A DNA stretch of 64,000 nt from Tubiluchus corallicola (taxonomy: Eukaryota > Animalia > Priapulida), in the NCBI GenBank assembly GCA_030141605.1, contig JAQGDQ010000254.1, positions 62,001-126,000 of the forward strand. The letters run 5' to 3'. This document shows, piece by piece, positions 54,715 through 64,000 of this stretch. Position 1 is the stretch's first letter; each line of letters opens with the position of its first letter. The notes beneath the pieces were generated by a model. The model had not been told where the DNA came from, made no database searches, and worked only from the letters and a program-made list of their open reading frames with translations. The position numbers and the translations under genes were made by a program.

Positions 54715-56909
54715 GCCAACTAAGGTCTAACCACTCAAAACCATGTTAATAACTTATCACGTTAAGTTCAACGAAATTAAGGAACGTATAGGGGCATATG
54801 TATTGCCTCCTAAATCCTCTTAGCCAATAAGCCACATCTGTAGATTGTAACTTAATGCCTATATTATTATTGTTTCAACATTTGGGGCAATTGGGAGGTT
54901 CTGCTGCGTATAGACAGCTAAGCTGAAAATTGTTAAACATCGCAAAAACACTTTTCGGTTCGCGTTTGAAGTTTATCTTTGCAGATGTTTTATTTGGTTT
55001 AGTTACACTGCAACTTGCACTCTGGAACACTGAGACCATCTATAAATGAGGAAAGGAAAAACAAGGTTACTTCTCTATTCCAAATCTTTGCTCACAATTA
55101 CATTATAATATAATGTAATATAACACAGAAAATATTATTGTAAAGTATACATTTTCACCGATAGATGGCAGCACTTGTTGCATTGTTGTCGGATTGCGTC
55201 AGCAAGTTTGTGAAGCAGGACGGCGTGGCCGAAATAACGTGAAGGCTGTTGTTGTCGTTTCGTTTATTAGTGTTAAATAACGTTGCTGTTTATTTTTTTA
55301 AATTGTGATCCTAATTGAGTCTTGTATGACGAACATTAGAAACATTATAATTATTAAATTTTATGTCCTTAAAAAGGATATAGGCTAGAAAAGTAATAAG
55401 CTACTGCACTTATGGGCCTACATCTTTCGTTGTAGCATAACAGTAAACAAAATATACCATATCAGCTGTCACATATTAATATGAAAACAAAACACACTTT
55501 TTTCCAAAATCTACCCAGTTTCGTCTTGGAAAATTAAAGTAACTAAAAGGTAAAGAGTAGAGGATAAATTACACTGGAAAGGGGAAATATCTAATCGGCC
55601 AGATTCATATGTGAAAAGTTTTAGCTCGGCTCGTCTCAAATTTTTGATGAAAACTAACAATGAGTGATAAATTGATATCAAAGTTCTGGGTATGCTTAGT
55701 TGTTGACTCTTTGGTGGTTTTTGTGTTTTTAAAGAAATCTTTGAGTAACTGAAATGAGTGATATAGAACGAATCATGGCATCTTCTGCGCTTTGCTGAAG
55801 CGGTAAAGCTCTGTGAATTTTGCATGCGAGGTGGCAAAATAGTATGATTTGCTTTAGTGTAGCGTATTGAGGTAAATGATGGCGTGAAAAGCAGCGCCAT
55901 CGCCTGGAGAAAAGTTAACCTTCGCTTCAACTTGCCCATTTTCTACTAATTATACGCTATAGAAGTGCTTATAAATAGATATTTATACGAGTGCGAGTAA
56001 AAGTTTAGACTCAGCAAAACGATTGAACTTGAGGTGACTCGTGTATCAGAAAGTGAAAGCTATACACCGTCTGAGCCAGTTGCGCATGCGCTGTAGGTTT
56101 CACCTGCTTGTTGGTTTTGAAGAAAATTAATTGCAAACTCTCAACTCTGATTGAAACCCTAGTAACTCTGTATTATCTGAATTTATCTCTGATAATAAAA
56201 GCCTCTTCAATGACAAACTGAGGTGCAAATTAGCCTACATAGCATCTTCATGTGTAACATGCAAAGTGTGTTATTTTATGTAGTGTTCACCGTAATAATA
56301 ATATAAGTTTATTATGCTTACTTATTTCACAGTTCTCTACATTCACATTGATGTTACTGAATATACAATAAGCAAAACAAGCGTCTGTTACATAAAATAA
56401 GCGTATCAGCTATAAATTAAACGTTTTAATTTTAGGCAATGTACACAATTTTTCTGTTTTTTTTGATAAAAACTTACACTAAGCCCTAATATACTATACT
56501 AAATCTCAAAGTCAGTCACTAGCTTAAAAATAGTTACAGTCCAATCTCAGCCAAGACAAAGTGAATTGGATGCTAGTTTCAAACATTAGCAGTTTCCGAG
56601 TCGCCTTCCTTGTCAATACTATCTTGTGGGATTTTGCAAAGTTTTACCGTTTCAATTGCATAACAGTAATAAGCTGCTCAGCTCTTGGCAAGTAATTGTA
56701 TCGTCAAATGCCAGTGCAGTCTAGCAGGCAGAGTGTCAAGCTACGTTCAAGCTTGTTTAGTTCATCTTGTCACAGTCGTCGCTCAAGTGTTTTCCACACA
56801 GCAGCCCCTGATAAGATGCTCGATTGCGAGACTCGCGCAACAAGAAACGTTTATGGGTAAAGAAAATAGTAAAAATTATTACAATCATCACTACCGCCAC
56901 CGGCAACAG

Positions 56910-57520
<611 letters not shown>

Positions 57521-58216
57521 CATCACTATTACGTCAGTGCCGTAACCTCAGCATCAGTAACAAAAAAACAACGCGAAAGTTGTGGCTTCGTTCACGCAGT
57601 GTCACCTAATGGTCAACCTGGATATAGCTGACCGAGAATTAACCGCTACGCTATGGCTTCATTCTAGTCCACGCATGCGCAACGTACTACGTGTACAAAC
57701 GATTATACGCTGTTTATAAAACAGCTCAATTGCGCAGAATCATTTCATCTCTAAGGGCGCTTCAATGGCTTGCAAGCGACTTTTGGGTTACGTTATAGAT
57801 TTCTGATAACTGTAGGAACATATAATTTAATTTTAGCTATAGTGAATGCGTACTCATTACAATAGAACGTGCCCTTCACAAGCCTTCAGCTTAAAATCTA
57901 GAGCCTCAAACGCAAGTTTGGCTTCACAGATCATTAGTTGGGAGATTATGGCTGCAACACAATGATGCAAGACACAAATGTGCCATTATACGTCATTAAT
58001 CTAAATAGAAAGGTCAATCAGTGACATTATTATGTCAACATCTAGTTTGTAGTAATCTTAAATTCTAGGAGCGAATGTGTGTGCTATCATTGCTATGTGG
58101 ATAATTATGTGACGTCCAGTGCTGATGATGATATTGATGACAATGATTAAAATGGCAGTGGTTGTGGAGACAATGAAAATGATAAAATCCTTAAGAAAAA
58201 AATTGTTGTCAACGTG

Positions 58217-58400
58217 ATTATTACCACCATCATCATCATCATCATCATCACCGTCATCATCTTCATCATCATCATCATCATCATCTACATCAGCACCAAT
58301 ACCACCATCACCACAACCACCACAGCCATCATCATCATCATCATCATCACCATCATCACCACCACCACCACCACCACCACCACCACCACCACCACTATAA
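58217..58400. repeat. (CAT)n/(CAC)n microsatellite
   Basis: Visible tandem repeat. Confidence 0.93.
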
Positions 58401-59006
58401 TCATCGCCGTCGTCCTCATGGTATCAAATAGTTAGTTTTACTTATTACTTGGTCTCGCCTTGAAATTAACGATTTGAACTCGATGGACGCAGGTAAGGTG
58501 ATGACGTCACATTTACAGGTGCGGCTGTAATTATTGTCTGTAAATATTGACACGCGTGCACCGATGATGTCACCGGATCCTCTTCTCCTTGCGGCGGTGC
58601 AACGAACCCTCCTCTATTAATATCACCCTCCTCATTTTATTTATACGTGTTGATGTCGGTTCAGTGAAACGAGTTACAATATTTCCTGATCAATATAGGT
58701 GGTAATGTGCTGTGCAGTGCAGTGGATCACGCCACAGATGCGAAGGACATGCCAAGGTTAATGAAATAAGTATGCGGCGCCCCTTTCTTGTCTCCTTTTT
58801 CCCACCGACTGTGTTAGAAAAATGTAAAATGACAGGTTTTGGGAAATGGGAATTAGACAAACTGATAAATGTAGTGTTATGGGAAAGAGGATTGTTCGCC
58901 AAAACCTATTACAGAGCAAAGTGGCCTTCTCAAATTTTTCCAGCGGTACTGCGGAAAGAACTGAGAATTTGGATTTGGGAGTCTGTCGTGAAGGAGATAT
59001 AATCTT

Positions 59007-59191
<185 letters not shown>

Positions 59192-60127
59192 TATTTCTTA
59201 ATTCTCTGCTCATCGCATTAATTTGGTGCATCAAAAGCATTTGACAGAGTTAATTTCTTTTAAGCTCCTCTTTAAACTTGCAAAAACAGAATTTTCGAAC
59301 AGAATATTGCAATTCGTTTGATTCCTTTGTTTTCTTTCTTCATGCTTTTCTTGTACGTTGGAAATTTGGCAGAAAGCATGATGGTATAAATAGCTGAAGA
59401 TTAAGATTAACAAACAATTACATTTGATGATCTTATGTCTGACGTCCACAAAACTGCAGAGCGAGTATGGTATAATCTACCAAAAAAGATTTTGAACTAA
59501 TACGTGGCTTACCACCGTTTTGCATTTTTGTACCGACAATAATCAGTAAATTCTTAATGAAAGTCCTAAATCAACCAGACCAGGATCTTAGACCAGGACC
59601 AGTAATAATCTCAATTAATTAGCCAATTTACAGGTTTTTTAAGCAAAATACATAGCTCACGCTAAATCGTTTCTGAAAATCGTGAAAAGGGCTGGAATTT
59701 TACGCAACGACTGCTTAATGACAGTTTATCAGTCTGAACTAATATTAGCAATTTGCCATACCAAGGGCAAGTAGAAAGTCGAAAACAGCAAACCAGAGAT
59801 AGAGAAGTTTGGGGTGAATCAATGACAGAGAAAGTTACAACACAATATGTAATTAGCTGGCGAATTACCGGAAGTTATTCCAATTTTTACGAATACATTA
59901 AGATGCTCCTTGGAAAAATATGATGGAAAAATAAAAGCCAGTTCCTTGCTAGTTAGAATCTGTAGAGCTTTCAAAAACATGTTAGATTAGTAGAAGGTGA
60001 TAAATGTCAGTGCTCTAATGTTTGTACACCGGAACATTTAATTTTCGATTGCCCATTAGTAGAATATGAACTTAGGTCAGTACTAGAAACTAAAACCGGC
60101 GATAGAAAATGTAAAAAACATGTGTCA

Positions 60128-60400
<273 letters not shown>

Positions 60401-61659
60401 TGTCTCTGTCGCCTCCATCACTCTCCGTCTCCTCCATCTCTCTCTTTCCTCTATCTCTTTTTATTTCTCACTTATTGTTCAGTTTCTTCCTTTGTTTCTC
60501 TTTTTTCTTCTGCTATCTCCTTTTTGCTGTCGCAATCACCTCCCCATTTTAATAAGATTTAAAAGGTAGTACGATCAAGCACTTTTTCATATACATCAGC
60601 TAGCATTTTTTTCTACACTTCTCCTGCATGCTTTGTTCAATGTCTCATTTGTTCGCTTCGTCCCCATGACATTTCTGGTTTTTTCAAGCTCCTTTTTCAC
60701 GCTAACATATCTGAATGTCACCGAGAATGAAGGAGACATTTTTGATAAAATGAGAAAAAATCGATCCGGCTGCATACGCTCTGGCAGTGTCAATAGCAAG
60801 CAAAGGTGGTCGAACTTTTCATCACACATGAACATGCAGACTCTTACAGACACAACCATTCGTTTCTTGCCCGATAGCTGATGGCCTGTCTGCGACCTCG
60901 CAGCAGCTCCTAGTGGTACCAAGTTCCGTGTGTGTGTAAGGAGCTTATCTTTGACGTTATGGGTATTTTGACTTGAAACCCTGCAACGGTTTCGTTATTG
61001 ATGGGGCTATTAATAAAAATGATGCCAACTTGCTTCTCACCTTTACAAAAGGGCACTGAATATTCTCACATGTATGCCTACGCTGCTCCAATTAGTCTAG
61101 GTGTAAAATTACAGAGCAATAAATAATTAGAAAAAAATCGCGATTTGACGAATTAGAAACCGCAAGCACAGAAAAAAGAACAGGTAACAAACAGGTAATA
61201 TTATAACGCTATTACTTACAGCAGTTTTTGACCTGGTATGCATATCATAATTTAACATGTATTTTATCGTACTTGTAAATATGCATAATTTGTGTAATAT
61301 ATATATATATAAAGGATGTACAACAGTACAGAATACTAGCAAAGACAAATTGAGAGGGCATAAATAATCAATGAACGCAAATAAGAGGAGACAAGGAAAT
61401 TATTGTAAAAATTGTGCAAAGAAGAGAGTGGGAAAAGAAGAAATTGAAAGCAGGAGAAAATGAAAATGTGAGAAGGAGAAGTTGATTTGACAGTGGTAGC
61501 AGGATGTAGCAAAGAGAAAATAGAGTGCAAGAGAACATGAGGGGAAGAAAGTGAATGAGAGACGCAGGAAGAGAAAGAGAGAGGGGGGAAATAAAGCAAA
61601 GGAAAGGTAAATGAGACAAGAGAAACATGAGACAGCAGATGTTGTGACCTACAAACAAC

Positions 61660-62030
61660 GATGGTGGTGGTGGTATCACCTTCAGTGGCGACGGCGGTAG
61701 TGGCGGCAGGGCAAGAGCAGCAGTGACAGCGGTGGCGGTGGTGGTACCAGTAGCAAAATTTGGAGTATTACAATGGAAGAGGCGATGATGATGATGATGA
61801 TGATGATACGATCATGATGTGGTGACAGTGGATGCGACAGTGATGGTGGTGTTAGGAAGGGTGGAGGTGGTGCTGGTGGAGGAGGCCATGATGAAGATAA
61901 TAACGATGATAACGACGATGTGGTGATTGTGATGATGGATGTTGATAATGATGATGGCGATGATGGCGATGATAATGACGATGATGCTACAGGTAACAAT
62001 AATGATGATGATGATGATGTCCACGATGAC
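61660..62030. repeat. Degenerate (GAT)n/(GGT)n tract
   Basis: Low-complexity trinucleotide runs. Confidence 0.85.
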
Positions 62031-63166
62031 GAATAGTCTGATTAGTCAATAATACACTCGAATCAGGAATTGACGAGTGCTACAGGATCTGCCGGATGAG
62101 AAGCGAGTGATGAAGTGCAGGGAAGAAAAGTTATTATAGGGAGACATTATAGAGCACGTGAAGACACATAATTGTCTATCTTTTCGGCTAAAAAGGCTCT
62201 ATTTGGCGGGCATGATAACATTAAATCAATGCTAAATGGACAGCACTAATGCACAGTCTAGCAAAACCGTTCAACTGTAATAGGACTAATAGCCTAATTC
62301 CTCCGGAGATTATCTTTATTGTGATGGACTAGCAGACTTCCTTTGATTTCTTATTTTTTCTTCTCCTTGTAGTTGCCTTGACTTCCCCTCTTCGTCCTTT
62401 ATTCTTTTTGGCATTCTGTACCGCCACTACTCCTTATCTTTCTATTTCCTCCTTCTTCTCATCTTCCCGCTTCTTATCTTATTTTTTGCACGCTGTTCTT
62501 CTTCTTTTATGTTTTCCCCACTTTTTTCCTTTTCCTGCTTTTTGTTTCATAAGATCCTCTTTACAGTGCATATAGTCTGAGAGCCCAAGCTCAAAACAAG
62601 GCCAGGAAAATGAGTTTCGTTCCCTCAGTCTGGGGACTAGCTTTTACCTATATCAGATAACAGAAGGAACCTAGGTGCTTACTGCCTGGGCGGCATTTCA
62701 GTACTGATGAAGCTTAAAAATGTCTTTTAGATCAATATTAATGGCAATAGATACAAATTAACACAAATTTCGGTTTTAATGTGATTTAATGTGTCCGATT
62801 TGACATCATTCCAGTTGTCTCTCTTACACCGAACGCCAGATGCTACATTAAACTTCTTTTATCACTATTCCTGTAGAAAATGTTCTCAGAATCTCTAGTC
62901 GTTATTTTCTAACGCCGAACAGTTTGTTCGTATTATTCATTTTTGTTGCTTCTCATTGGCTCACACTGAACTTTCCTAAATATAGAACTCTGCTCATAAA
63001 TCCGGTTTTTCTATGGGCTTCTTAGCCGAGGAATTATTTACCACGTTATTATTTACCTGAAAATTCCAATTGCACTCTATTAAAGAACGTCAGCAGATAC
63101 CTTTTGTCACTACCAAATTAGTCATTTGACTTGTATATTCCCAAATTAGCTAGCAACTAGCGATAT

Positions 63167-63354
63167 CTTCAATTAATTATGACTGTGATTCCAAAAAAAT
63201 TTTTATAAACCATTGCGGCTTATTTTACCTATTATTATTCAATGAGTTGGACAAAGGAGACACTGAAACCTTTCATGGAGTAATAATTGTTTATAAATTA
63301 ATTTATAAATGGTTTGTAAAAAATTCTGGCAATCACAGTCATAATTAATTAAGG
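63167..63354. mobile_element. Small MITE
   Basis: 20-bp perfect inverted repeat AATTAATTATGACTGTGATT (63171-63190 and 63331-63350), extending imperfectly inward. Confidence 0.65.
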
Positions 63355-64000
63355 ACTTCTACTGCTTTGAGAATGTTCATATCTGTTGTAGCACCTCACC
63401 ATGCCCGACCTTTGACTTTTAGGGCGATTTTTAAAAAATTGATTTATTCGAGAGTCGATAGTGATTTCTAATGCAGGTAATAATGCGTAATAATTATGTA
63501 CTCACAAGGGCCAGGGCCTAAAATATAACTCTTCATAGTTTCTAATTAAATAAACCATTTCCTATGAAAAGAGGTTCCATTTGGTTTCAAGAAAAACTGT
63601 GCTGTATATAGTATTAGTATACGATACAATAAAGGTTCGTAAACTTTACTTGCAGTCACGTGGTCTATGATTAAAGAAAACTGACCAAAATATTGCTAGA
63701 GATTGGCAGAGTAGTGATTAAAAGAAGACCTCAGAAGATGAGAGTGAAGTGGGATTAAACGAAAGAATTTTATGGCTTCTCTAAAAGGCTGGGAATGATA
63801 AAAGAAGATTATAAAGCCTGGTCCCATAGTACGCACGCGAGTGTGACGACTGTGATGTGGTTGTCAAAGTACAACGACGAAGGAAGCCACAATTTGCTTT
63901 GAAGACAAGTTCTTACAAGAAATTGTCGTAATCGTCTTGTTGAAGATTAGTTCCTTTCGCACTTTCTAATTACAGCCTGGTACGTGCAGTGATTGGGTCC

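Overview
AT-rich, repeat-rich animal (probably invertebrate) genomic DNA with spliceosomal introns; no prokaryotic features. Two genes can be rebuilt by hand, both on the minus strand. (1) A multi-exon HUNK-like, AMPK-related Ser/Thr kinase: ATG at 51724, seven phase-compatible kinase-domain exons down to 27319, then UBA-like and low-complexity/polyQ exons. (2) A 194-aa linker histone H1 with one 235-nt intron, TATA and H1 boxes, a poly(A) signal and no histone stem-loop. The most notable inference is that phase-compatible exons continue below the H1 gene (18008, 16041, 15103), so H1 may be nested on the same strand inside a ~5.5-kb kinase intron. The rest is decayed LINEs, probable solo LTRs, several MITEs (one Harbinger-type MITE inside a LINE), a complete non-autonomous Helitron, a tRNA-headed SINE with a 5S-like segment, and many microsatellites. 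Exon models come from manual splice-site and phase reading; no database searches or RNA data were available.
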